A stretch of 60,391 nt of DNA, counting the filler, from Sluysia triapertura (taxonomy: Eukaryota): NCBI GenBank assembly GCA_046118255.1. It is 5 parts of 5 records of this genome, joined end to end, with 100 filler letters (N's around TTAATTAATTAA, not from the genome) between each part and the next. Parts side by side here need not be neighbours in the genome. Positions count along the whole stretch, not along the records: positions 11,399 to 25,712 come from JBJNIA010263281.1; 4 more parts are not named here. One strand, written 5' to 3'. The translations under genes and the position numbers were made by a program. The notes below the pieces were generated by a model. That model had not been told where the DNA came from, ran no database searches, and was given only the letters and a program-made list of their open reading frames with translations. This document shows, piece after piece, positions 11,472 to 23,348 of this stretch (its first letter is position 1; each line of letters begins with the position of its first letter).

Positions 11472-13402
11472 AACGCACAAACAATAATTATTATCAATAC
11501 AGCTAAAGAGATTAACGTTACAAGAGCAATGCACAAAATATATGTTGTATCCATGGGTATATAGATATCACTTAATAATTATAAAATAAACAAACATAAA
11601 TGTTCTATTTAAAATAGTAAGTAAATAGTACTATAGAATAAAATCTACTGTCTTTAGCACATTTCAAATGTGTGAGACATTTTTTCACAGAACTCCTTTC
11701 AAAGAAAATTTGATGAAAAAATGAATTGGATACTCAATTACTTAAATTATCAAATATTTAAATCATCATTTAAAAGCCAAAAATATTTCGATATAAATCT
11801 ATCAATGAAATTATTCAAATTTACAAACTATCTCAAATTATTTGATACGCTTATTTTTTCATTATTTTGTTCCATATATTTCTGAATGCTTTTTTGTTGA
11901 ATTAAATTTAATAATGCACTTTAAATATACATTATTTAGGTTAGATTTATGTAAAACTAATTATGCACTTGTAGTGTCTGCATATCCGGTAGCTCGAAAG
12001 TTGTGGTTGCAAACTATAAAATGTTAATGTCGAGGATTTTACAAAATTTATTAGTTTAATTGCCTGGAAGAATTTTATTTCAATTTTTTACGTTATAAAC
12101 ATTTATTAATTTGTGGTCTAACTTAAAAATTACTTTAAAAACGTTTACTTTAAGGCCTTTAACTATGACGAATAAAATTAACTTGAACAGGGAAATTAAA
12201 TTTAAAACGAATTTTATAAATAAGGCACATAAATACCTTTGCACATAGTAGATGAATAAATAGATATGTTAGTGAAATGTCTATTCCAAATAATTGGGCA
12301 TCTTTTACATGCAAAGCAGTAATGATCTTCCATATTAAATTATTAATTGCATTGGTTGGAATAAAAACCTTTAGGAAATGTTAATATATTTATAAATCAT
12401 ATTGTTTAATGTATCAAATCATAGCATAACAGTTGGTTGAGTATGAGATAATTGTTGTATCTAAAAAATTCGCTTGAATCAAGATCTCTAATTAGTATTT
12501 ATCTACAACACTAAAACTTTTTGTAGTCTGATAAAAATGTTTTGTTGATTTCAATATTAACAACGAAAAAAGATCCAGTTGACGCATTAAATTTACATTT
12601 CAAACTAGCTTGTCTTGATGCCCGTGATAAATTGTCGAATCAGCATATTCAATATAAGTACTTGTTTATTAAGTACGAGTTTGTCTGCGTTAGTATTACA
12701 AATAATAACTATCAATGTTATATAAATTATCATAATTAATTGCACAAATGATCAACTACATAAATATTGATCTCTTTAAATTCAAGATGTTCTTACGAAA
12801 AAATTGGTGAAACTAAACTCTCACAATTTTGTATTTCTAATAAATTTTCGTCTTAGATATATAACTAAAAGTGTATATTAAACATCGTTTGGTGTGTTCA
12901 CTTTTCGATTTAATCATAAATCAGTGCTAATTGATCAATAATAACTGCAATAATTTTAAGAGCTTCAAATAAATTTCGCAATTCGCGTTTACAAAAATGA
13001 TACGACTAAATCTAGTAAAGTTTGTATATATATAAACAGAATTTGACTACTACTAATCGTTTATTTTGATCAATATCGATATGTTCTGTAATTGAAATGT
13101 AGCTATCTCTAATTGAGATAATCTATCTTGCTTATTTTTCGCTAAATCTGATTTTATGTAACTTTAAATGTTAGAATTATTTTTANNNNNNNNNNNNNNN
13201 NNNNNNNNNNNNNNNNNNNNNNNNNNNNNNNNNNNNNNNNNNNNNNNNNNNNNNNNNNNNNNNNNNNNNNNNNNNNNNNNNNNNNNNNNNNNNNNNNNNN
13301 NNNNNNNNNNNNNNNNNNNNNNNNNNNNNNNNNNNNNNNNAATTTAATAATTGTTTGAATATTATGCAAGTCGAACAATTTTAATCTATATAGTTATTAA
13401 AA

Positions 13403-13642
13403 TATGCAATTAACAAAGACGTTACTGCCGAAAAGTTAGACATAATTTTGAAATCTGCAAAAATAGATTTTCTTTTCGTATCTTTACTTACAATGTATGC
13501 CAGATTATTAGAAGAGAATTTTAAACCGATATTAGTGAACGTTACGGTTGTTTCCGCTCTAGTTCCGGCAACAGTAGCAGTTGAAAGTGTATCTGTTGCA
13601 GTAAGCGCACCTACAGTTCAAGAAGAAAAGCCTTTGGAAAAG
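13403..13642 (+). pseudogene. RPLP1: 60S acidic ribosomal protein P1 fragment
   Basis: VTAEKLDIILKSAKID...MYARLLE..ILVNV followed by an Ala/Val/Pro-rich hinge and EEK. N-terminus has stops; the C-terminal DDDMGFGLFD motif is absent. Confidence 0.7.
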
Positions 13643-13685
13643 ATCTTTAACGAGATTATGTTGCAAAACAAAAGTAAATTTAAAT

Positions 13686-13827
13686 TTAAACGAAATTAAG
13701 ATCAAACTAGATCATGATATCAAAAGTATGATGATAAGCGCAGAAGCACCGATATTGCTTGCAAAAATGCCCGAGTCATTTATGAGAGAAACATCACTAT
13801 GTACGTCGAGTCATACAGAACGTGATG
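13686..13827 (+). pseudogene. NFYC: NF-YC histone-fold fragment
   Basis: IKIKLDHDIKSMMISAEAPILLAKMPESFMRETSLCTSSHTE resembles NF-YC [24 protein letters not shown]...FITELTLRAWIHTE. Confidence 0.8.
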
Positions 13828-13876
13828 GTAAGGCAATTATGTCTCATTTAATTTTATCAATTTAGGTGTTAGTTTT

Positions 13877-14959
13877 ATGTCAAAAAGCATGTCGAAGTCA
13901 GAAGTTGATAATGGTCAAACGTTGATATCTTTAAGCGATCCAAGAAGATTTGAACACCAAGCCACAGTGCGAGAAGACGTCTTAACCAAAACTGTACAGT
14001 ATTTTGCTATTACTCGTTTTTTTATTACTATTTTTTACGTCAAAAAACATTTTAAATTTATTATGTTAATGTCGGAAAGAGTTGTAAGTGCCAAAATTAA
14101 AGCAATATGTTATGCAAGATTATGTAGTTATCCGAGTTTATGTGAATCTTTCGATGTAGACCAAGATGTTCATGAACTATTAATCGATAAACATAAGTAT
14201 CACGATAATTATATACATAAAATAGTTGTAATTGATATTTTATCAAAACGTTATTTTAAAAAAGGTCATAGCTTACCTATATTAAATGATTTTCAAACTG
14301 TTTCTAAAGATGTCAATAAAGTCATAAAATATGATAGTGTAAACGTAAAGGCATTTTTTACCTTTAAAGAATGCATTAAAGGTTTTGAGTTAGATTTTAA
14401 AAATGCAACTCTATTTTGTAATTGTGCTATACCTTATATTAAATTAAATGATTTTCAAATTGATTTTAAAGAGTGTAATAAAGTTATAGAACGTGATAGT
14501 ATAGACGTTAAGGCATTTTTTAGACGAGCTCTATGTAAGGAAGTCCTTTCAATGCTTGATAGAGCTATTGATGATTTCAAAATTGTATTGATACTAGAAC
14601 CCGAATATAAAACTGCGAGGTTGATCCTTGATGAACTAAGTCTGCGAGGTGTCGTTGATTCGGTGTTCTATGATAATACGTTAGACTATTCACTTTTATT
14701 ATTCATCTTTGACTATTTCAAATTTGTTCATTTTTCTGAATTAATAACAATTAAAAAATTATTAATGAACCCCTTGGTACATGATGTTGTATTTTTAACT
14801 TTTTGCATTCATGTTAGATTTTTGATTCAATATATCAATTTTAGTTATTATTCAAAATTCATTTTGTTGAGCAACTATAATTTTAACAAATATATTTTTT
14901 TAAAAGACCTTAAGTCTTATTTTTCATTAATCTCCGCCACAGCCCGGCCATTACAGTAA
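13877..14959 (+). CDS. 360-aa chimeric ORF containing co-chaperone-type TPR repeats (RPAP3/SPAG1/TOMM34-like)
   Basis: NATLFCNCAIPYIKLNDF...ECNKVIERDSIDVKAFFRRALCKEVL...AIDDFKIVLILEPEYK. One TPR segment is internally duplicated. Confidence 0.6.
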   Translation: MSKSMSKSEVDNGQTLISLSDPRRFEHQATVREDVLTKTVQYFAITRFFITIFYVKKHFKFIMLMSERVVSAKIKAICYARLCSYPSLCESFDVDQDVHELLIDKHKYHDNYIHKIVVIDILSKRYFKKGHSLPILNDFQTVSKDVNKVIKYDSVNVKAFFTFKECIKGFELDFKNATLFCNCAIPYIKLNDFQIDFKECNKVIERDSIDVKAFFRRALCKEVLSMLDRAIDDFKIVLILEPEYKTARLILDELSLRGVVDSVFYDNTLDYSLLLFIFDYFKFVHFSELITIKKLLMNPLVHDVVFLTFCIHVRFLIQYINFSYYSKFILLSNYNFNKYIFLKDLKSYFSLISATARPLQ

Positions 14960-17148
14960 TAGTATCGCGCATCTATTCGTAATGATGACATTTATGATGT
15001 TTGATTAAAAAATTTTAATTCTAGTTTAACTTTACTTTATCAAAGACTTTGTTTTAATCAAGAAACTTATTTTTAAAGTAATTCTTAAGAAACGTTTCCT
15101 GCTATTTAAGAAATTATCGCAAAATAATAAAAAAGTACAAAAATTAGTAAAAATATAAAGTTTTATTTTTACGAGGACATTGTAAACAGAAAGAAATTGA
15201 CAGTTGTGTTTCTACCCCATTCAAACTGTGCCAGGAAGCATAGAAAATCAGAATTATATTCATAATTTAATTTAATACCATTGTGGGAACAAATTTATAC
15301 TTTGATCTAACCGAAAAGTGCACATGAGCGAATACACACACAAACATATATACATTTTATGTATTAAATAAGATCATTTTGAAAAAAAACTGAAAAACTG
15401 ACCCAATACCAAGATCAAACGAAAACACCGCCATGACAAATCATATTATTATACGCATTATGTATATTGTAATAAAATTTGAGGCGTACTGAAACTTTAT
15501 TATCAAAATTTATAATTAAAATTGTGAGAATATTTCAAGTAGAATAAAGTATGATTTTAACATGAGTCCACCAACGTACTAGGTTTACCAGTTATGGCTA
15601 GCCGTTGGATATGTAGATCAACGATTTTTAAGTGAAGGTTAGAAAAACTGTCTAAAGTATGCGTGGTTCTGCTCTTCTTAACTTAACAATTATTGATTTT
15701 CGATTTTAGTAAGTTCTGGAGATATATAAGTTATCTTTAGTTTTCTAAATGATTAAAGCAATTATTTAACTGTAGAAATAAATAATTTATGAAGCATTTT
15801 ACGAAGATCCTATGAAAAGAATCTATGAAAATGATTTTACGGAATTAGACTTAAATTCTAATCGTTGAAATCGTTACTCTTCTGAAGATTTTATAATTAA
15901 AGCTATGAAATTTAACAATGACAAATAATTACTTGAAAAATTTATGAAGCAATAGGTAAATGAAGTTACAATTAAGAATATAATAAAATAAATAATTAAT
16001 GTACGAGGAATTAATTTAATTCCTGAATCAACAATATTTTAGTAAAGATTTTGCATAAGATCTATTATAAAATCTTTTTGAAAAGTAATTACAAAATAAG
16101 TTTAAGTATATTTTACGTGGATATGTCATACATCTGTGACGTATTATTTTGATTAAATCAGAATTTGTCAAATAGGATCCAGCAGATTAAATATCGCTCC
16201 GTAAAAAACTTTTGTTTTCTCAAGATTATGTTAAAGTCGCGCTTGTACCAATAACAATACTAAACTATTTGACAAATTCTGCGACTATTTATAGTCGTCT
16301 TAGCTGGCCTTGGCCATATTAAAACAAATTATTTTAATTAAAATTAAAAGAAATTATTTCATTAAAATTAAATTTAAATTTATTTATATTTAATTAGAAA
16401 TTTAGAAATCCAAATTTATATTTAATAATGTAAAAGTTTCTTACGTTAAAATTAATTTTTTTAATCCAAATAAATGAATAAAATTAGTTCTTCAAATTCA
16501 AATAAATAAAATAACACTGAATTATTACAAATGAATAAAATTATCAATAAAATCAATAGTAATCACATATAATTGAAGTCTGATATAAAGATAAAAGTCA
16601 TTGAACATTGATTTACAATAAAAGATTAAAATCGTAATTATAAAGTTGTAATCATTAATTCACAAAATAATAATAATTAATTGAAGTTTGCTATTGATTG
16701 TTTTGGAAAATAAAATAGTGGATGTCAGTAATTTGTTTTGTTAATGCCACCTCAATCATTTGTTGTAAGTACAGTGGTAATCATTGTATTTCATCAATAG
16801 TCATTCGACTCATTTATCTAATGAATTACCTACTAATTTGCTCATTGTCAATTTCACGTTTTACTTCGCGTATCGTTAAAAATTTCTACAATAAAATTAC
16901 ATTGCAATGTCAATGACTTAGAGTTGGCTCTCAAATTTATAATCCTGATCAGTTTTGCAGTACTATCGACAAATGGGTGATTTGAAGCAGATAATAACTT
17001 TGATTTAACTGTTAGCTTCATATTTTATTTTTCAATTATAGTTTCGTACTGTTTCACTCCTTTTATCAAGAATACGAACGACATAATCGAATGTAAACTT
17101 AATTATGTCGTTTTATTATGCACGCTATTATACATTTTATTACACATA

Positions 17149-17336
17149 CATGTAATTGGTGGTACACGTAATAGTAGCTATGATGATTCAAAAAATGCTT
17201 ACATAAATGGTTGTCATGATCACATAAATTATCGTTTTGAAGAAGTAAAAGCACTAGTTAAAGGTAGTTTTAGTCAAGTTGTAATGCCTTATGATCACAA
17301 ATGTAATTCTTACGTTGCTTTAAATTGATACGTAAT
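17149..17336 (+). pseudogene. DYRK2/3-class kinase fragment (DH box to subdomain II)
   Basis: GGTRNSSYDDSKNAYINGCHDHINYRFEEVKALVKGSFSQVVMPYDHKCNSYVAL, then a frameshift into LIRN. Glycine loop is degenerate. Confidence 0.85.
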
Positions 17337-18281
17337 TATGTCGTTTTATTATTATTTGTTTTATTGTACATGCTATCGAAAACGATTAATGTTTCAATTT
17401 ATGATTACAAATTTTTACCATTCTTTCAAGTAAACTTTCTCTTCCTTTGTATCACAAGACTTAGTTTTAATTTACTAAGAAGTATTTTTCTCATGTCATA
17501 CAGATTCATATTATTCGCTGCACGTTTATAATGGCTAGAGACGTTTTTATCCGATAAACTAAAAATAGAATATCATTGTTTTACAAATCGCAGTGTACCG
17601 ATAACGTTGCTTGTTTTTATAGAAATTATAAAATATTATAAATAATTATATTATATTTCAAAATCATTCTTCTAAAGATGGTGACGTTATTAAAGCATGG
17701 AAAAATGTAGAATTTACTTTTTCATTGAATTATATACTTGCTCGGTCAATGACCATACATGAGTGAATATTTCCCGGCAGCTATGATTGGAATACACTTA
17801 TTAATTATATTAAACATTTAATAACATTAATCATTATTATTATTTATATTTTTCCAATTGTTATGTTGAAAAATAAATTCAACCTTTGTTATTTTTTAAA
17901 TTTGTGATTTACAAAAGGCTTTAAACCTAATTTATTAATTGTTTTAAAGTTCAATTTAAATTGTTTTTTGTTAAGTAGATTTTTTAACTTTTTTAATAAA
18001 AATTTAAAAACAAAGTTTAATATTTCGAATAATTGCTATAAAAGAAAAGAAATAAACAAAAATAATTAGAAATTTCTAATATTAAAAGATAAAAAGCCTT
18101 TCCCACTTTAATCTTGCATGGAAAAACTGGAACGAGAAGGAAAACTTGATTCACTTTCTAAAACGACGCTTGGATTGACTGGAAACTCTGAATTTTAAAT
18201 ATTGCCGAACAAAGCAATTGACAAGATGGCTACTACGCGTAAAAATGAATCGTGAATTTACTAATGATTTCTTTATGATTA

Positions 18282-18439
18282 TGTTGGGGTAAATAGGCCT
18301 AAAGTGCCATGATGGTAATATTGACTATACTAAACTAAAATTGTTAGACAAGGCTGATAGCTCAGTAGTAGAGCATCGAACTGCATAACGAGAAGTTCCG
18401 GGTTCGATCCCCGATCAGTCCATTTTACGAAATCTAACA
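18282..18439 (+). mobile_element. 158-bp solo-LTR-like element with embedded tRNA-derived unit (18351-18422), copy 1
   Basis: TGTTGG...CTAACA ends, 4-bp TSD ATTA/ATTA, A box TAGCTCAGTAGT and B box GGTTCGATCC. Confidence 0.85.
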
Positions 18440-18499
18440 ATTAGATGTAGGTATTCATACAAATCCACAGCCAATCATAGGCGAGTAGAAATCTATAAT

Positions 18500-18524
18500 G
18501 TTCTAGAATATTCTAGAAACTTCT
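18500..18524. promoter_or_regulatory. Five-unit heat shock element, with a CCAAT box at 18471
   Basis: gTTCtaGAAtaTTCtaGAAacTTCt, five perfectly alternating nGAAn units. Confidence 0.6.
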
Positions 18525-19259
18525 TTTCTTTTTTTAGTAAGCACTTTTCGTTTTTAGAAAATAAGATATCTTTTGTGGAAAATAAATATTTTTAAAGTGA
18601 TTTTAAAGACAAATAAATAATTTTAGAGCTTTTTATATGATTTTAAAGAGTTGTGATGACAACTTAACAGATTGATTGAGTGTATTATATTACTTAGAGT
18701 GAATATTATATTAAATTTGGATTTGGTATTAATTAAATGGGAAAATAATTTTTTAGATTTTGACTTATAAGATACGGAACTTAAGTTATTTGCACAGGGT
18801 TATATTTTACGTATTCAAAGTCGATTTTAATGGTGACATAATCAGAAAAGTGTTATGATCTGCTATCACTTAATATGACTACCAATCATACTTATATAGT
18901 TTACACAAGAATGTGACATTATATTTTATGTCATAATAAAATCCTGCAATCACAATTGCTTTTGATAATTTAAAAGTTCGCCTGTGATCCAAGTGTTACA
19001 ATTAAGGATTCATCCACGGGATTTAAATGTTAAATAATCAAGAGAGGTCGAATAATTAAATGCAGCAGTATTTTAACTTCATAAATACTGTGTAGTTCTT
19101 GGAGTCAAGTAAAATGAAGCACTCAAATGCAATAATCTTACAAACTTTCAAATATTATGTAGTTTTCCATGCGAATTTTGGCTGAGTTTTTGTTAACTCT
19201 TTAGGATTATTTTTTAGCTTCAGCTAGTTTAATTTAAAATAACGTATTTAAGACCTTTT

Positions 19260-19441
19260 TGTTAGACTTTAATAAATGGACTGATGTTAGGCTCAATAAA
19301 CTCGGGCCTTCTAATCTCACAGCTGTGCAGTTCGATGTTCTGGCCAATAAGCTATCGGTCCTGTCTAACATTTTTATTTTATTTTAGTCAATAATACTAT
19401 CACTATTCTAAGTGGCACTTTTTGAGGTCTATACCTCAACA
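19260..19441 (-). mobile_element. tRNA-carrying solo-LTR-like element, diverged copy 3
   Basis: Colinear with copies 1 and 2, both TG/CA ends present, TTTT/TTTT flanks (low-complexity TSD). Confidence 0.75.
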
Positions 19442-21559
19442 TTTTTATTTTATCATCGTATTTAAACCTATGTGAAAAGATTTTAAAAGTTGACTTATTT
19501 TGCAAGTTTAAAGCTGCATAATTTTGAATATATTTTGAATCCTATTGAAAAGAATTTCACTAATATTTCTAAAGTTAATAGAATTCAATCTTTTTTCGGA
19601 GGGGGAGTAATCAAACTTTTAATTTTGCTTCCATTCAAATGTGTATTGTGGCGAACCCAAGATCAAATTACAATAACAATGACAAACAAACACCAACACA
19701 AATTAACACATCTTACATAAACAAGTTATTAAATAAACTACAACATACTAAACCACTATAAAATACATATAAAACACAAGCACAGTTGTAATAATATCAT
19801 ATTTTGTTAAATCTTACCTGTTATTACTATTATTATTTTTATATTGTTAATGAGCATTGTTATTGGTATTGGCATTGTTGTTTATGCTGGTGTTTATAGT
19901 GTGATGACGTAATGATTGATGACATATTAATATTATTATTGACGTTTTAATATTATTATTGATTATTGATGATTTATTATTAGTAACAACTGTTGTGTAC
20001 ATTATTATTGTTTTATTTATTGATTTTAATAATACTATTTATATTTTTAACATAATTATAACAATTGATTTACATTTGGAATATAATATTATTTTTGATT
20101 TTCGGAAAATAAACTAGCGTAAGTGTTTATTAATTTATAAAATAAATAGTTTTTATATCATGTTTTAAACTATTTCGTTTTTTTTAAATTAAGTAGTTTT
20201 TTATATATGTCGTTTTGTTTTAAATTAATTCGGTCAAAGACATTACAAAAATACACAAATGCATATGAAAAAAATTTACAGCTCACACAAAAAAATTTAA
20301 AACTACAATAGAGTTTCGTTGGTCAAGGACACATATTGTCAAATCTAAGGAAAACGTCTCCTCACTTGATTTTTTAAACTACAATAGAGTTTCACTGTAC
20401 AATTTCAAGAAACACTTCTTCTCACTTGACAAAGAACACCCAATTGATCAAAAACTTTTGTTTAATTTAAAATACACTTAAAATAAAATTATTTTTCACT
20501 TAGTTAAATTGAATTTAAAATTAATCCACTAAATTCTATTTAAGCGGCAAAATAGTTATTGATATTATATACGTGTACAGTCATTCGTTCTATAATTTGT
20601 CTTATGTAATTTTGAATACTGTCTGATAATATACTTTAAGATTTTACTTTTCTTTGTAGAGATAAAATAATTGTTTTTCTGCTATAGCATAAAAAGGCTA
20701 TAAAATTGAGTAATTTCGTTGTACATAAATATTGCATGACATATTTTAAAAACTTCATATACTACTACGTAACTTTTTTCATCAGAATTAATTAATGATT
20801 GGTGTCAATCGCAGTCACTATCAACTTATGCTGCTTTGTACATAAAAGACAAGTTGTGCAGTTCAAAGACGGTCATTTAGTGTAAGTGATAAAATTTACT
20901 CAACTTCTTTTATATTTTGGGTTTCACGTTTTATGTTATACATTTAATATAAGATTTCCGTTTTATTATGTTTATTTAGTTAAATCAGTTTCAATTCAAT
21001 TTTTGACATTTTACTGTTTACACGGTTTGAAGGGCTTTAATGTCTTTAAAACTTTAATTAACTTTATGTAAAAATTAAAACCAAAGTTTAAACGATTTAA
21101 AAATTAAACGATTTAAACTTTCTAAAGTTAATAAATTATGAAACAAAACAGGCTTAATGCCTTTAAAAATTTTAAAACATATAAACAACAAAATTTGAAA
21201 ACTTTTTATTAAAGAGCAATATAAGAATTAAAAACATAAAATAACATAAATCATTGTTTTTATGAATAAAGAAAATAGACTATCCGGTAGCATTTCCATT
21301 GATAAACGTTTTTGATCATTTTGTTTTGTAATTAAGTTTAATAACATAGTTGAATTTATCATTGAAACAAATTATTTAGTTAATTTTGTCTAACTTAGAA
21401 ATATTGATGTTTTCGGCTATAGTTAATAATTAGTATTTTTTTTTATTTTATTTATTTTATTACTCTTGCAATTACAGGTTAGAAGATACAGTGACTTATT
21501 ATAACGAAATCAATGTAATCATCTGAGCTCTGGTTTTTTGCAATATAATTAAAATCTGG

Positions 21560-22230
21560 AAATAAATCCCATATGCATTTTGCAAACTAACATCAGCTTC
21601 AGATTGTCGATTTATTTCATATTGCACAGATCTTTCTGCTTGATAAGTGACATCTAAATCACGATTCTGATCGCCGAATTGCTGTACAATTTGTGAATAT
21701 TGTTTTTCCAATTCCATCGACAACTTAATTTCTGCATAAGTTTCATTAATATTATTGATGACAACAAAAGTTACAATGACAGCGGTGGATTCGGAATAGT
21801 TTTCATATTTCTGAATCCTCGAATTTTAAATATGGAAACACTATACCAGAGGAGTTTCCAATACAAGCCAATAATTGAGTTACATAAGTAGTTGTTTCAA
21901 AGCTATATTCATCATAAAATAATGTAAAGGTGATTCGATAAAGCAATTATTATTATCTGGAGCGAGAGGTTTGAAATAATAATCTTTAAAATAATAATCT
22001 TATCGAAATAATCTTTATTCTGACGTGTTGTACTTTCCAGTGCACTCCACAACAACACTGGATCCGTTATTATTTGTGCTGGCATCTTCCCACAGCTTAA
22101 CAAACCAGCTACTGGAATTGGAGTAGTTATGCATAATACTACATTTTTAGCCACAAGTTTGTCTCATTTATAAAAACATATAATTATTATTGATTCTACT
22201 TAAGCTCCGATACGATTGTAAAGGCAGATG
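21560..22230 (-). pseudogene. NPC1: Niemann-Pick C1 fragment (middle luminal domain to start of sterol-sensing domain)
   Basis: ITDPVLLWSALESTTRQNKDYFD, FKPLAPDNNNCFIESPLHYF, CIGNSSGIVFP, STAVIVTFVV, VTYQAERSVQYEINRQSEADV, interrupted by stops, frameshifts and deletions. Confidence 0.85.
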
Positions 22231-23348
22231 GAAATTCTAGCCGTTTTAATCAATAGTATTGGGACTGGTGAAAGATAAGGGTAGATATGTAGGTTCAAGA
22301 CTCAGGATGACAGAATAAGGTGAACATTATGATGAATTATAATAATAAGATAAGCACATGAAATACTTGAATCATGATAAAACTATGAGAAAAACGAATA
22401 AGTAACCTTTTACAGGGTTTTTATTTGTTAAAATACTAAAGTACATATGTTAATTAACTTAATTAAAATTTATCTAATTTGGTAACTCAATAAAAATGTT
22501 TGTCCATGATATAATGATATTTAATTTAGTGCATAATGTTGAGTTTTATTATTGGTTTTAATGATGAAGTATTGCGAAGCACGTCAACATAAATAATGTA
22601 AATTTTAGTTATTTTAATTAGTTTTTGTAATTTGTAATTAAAGTTGAATATGTTCCGATGTTTAAATATTGATAAAGTAAATATCAAATTGATGCTTATA
22701 AAGATACTAATTCATGTTATTAAAATTGACATGCGACGTACAGTTGACGCACAACGTATTAATGCATAATACTCCTATGAGAAATAGATTTATTATTTCA
22801 TAAATTTTATTTTAAAATTTAATAGCAATGTAACGATGAATTTAACTTGTGATTAGGTGATATGAAGAAGATAAGGGGATTGTTGACCACAAATCCTATT
22901 ATCTTTAGATAATTAAAATTAGATTGAATTTCAGTATAGAAGGAAATTGCTGTCAAATTTTCAATCAGTAAAATTAGTCCGGTTAATACCGCCTAAAAAA
23001 GAACAGACAGCTTTAATTTCCGTCTTGTTCAATTCCTAATTTTAATTTCCTACAGAATCCAGGCCCTCTCGCTGCGCAGTTAGATGAATGGAAAACTTTT
23101 ATTTTACAACAAATACAAGTCTGTACATTAATAGGATATATAATCAAATAATATGGTATAATAGATATTAACATAGGAATCACACTAAGTTAATGTAACA
23201 AAGCTGGTAATGATAAGCTTGTCCATTTAAGAAATAGTTGTTCGTGCTGCTGATGATGAGGAAAATGTTAATGTTGAAGTTTAGAGCCACAAGCATACCA
23301 CTGATAAGTCAGAAACATACTATAAACATATATTGAAATGAGAGAAAG

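Noticed and set aside
11343-11554. Poly-Ile and poly-Leu ORFs
   Set aside because: Translations of an (AAT)n microsatellite and N gap.
16281-16310. Hairpin CGACTAT-TT-ATAGTCG as a Helitron 3' end
   Set aside because: AT-rich stem, no properly spaced CTRR followed by T, and no matching 5' TC end identified.
18351-18422. Functional tRNA genes (here and at 23366-23436) or ordinary tRNA SINEs
   Set aside because: The anticodon arm does not form a 5-bp stem with a 7-nt loop, and the units sit inside TG...CA elements with TSDs and no tail.
21912-22230. Alternative genetic code suggested by TGA at Trp positions and scattered TAA/TAG
   Set aside because: POLH, ADA2B and Lines-like exons use TGG and CAA normally with no in-frame stops. 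The affected regions also have frameshifts, so this is pseudogene decay.
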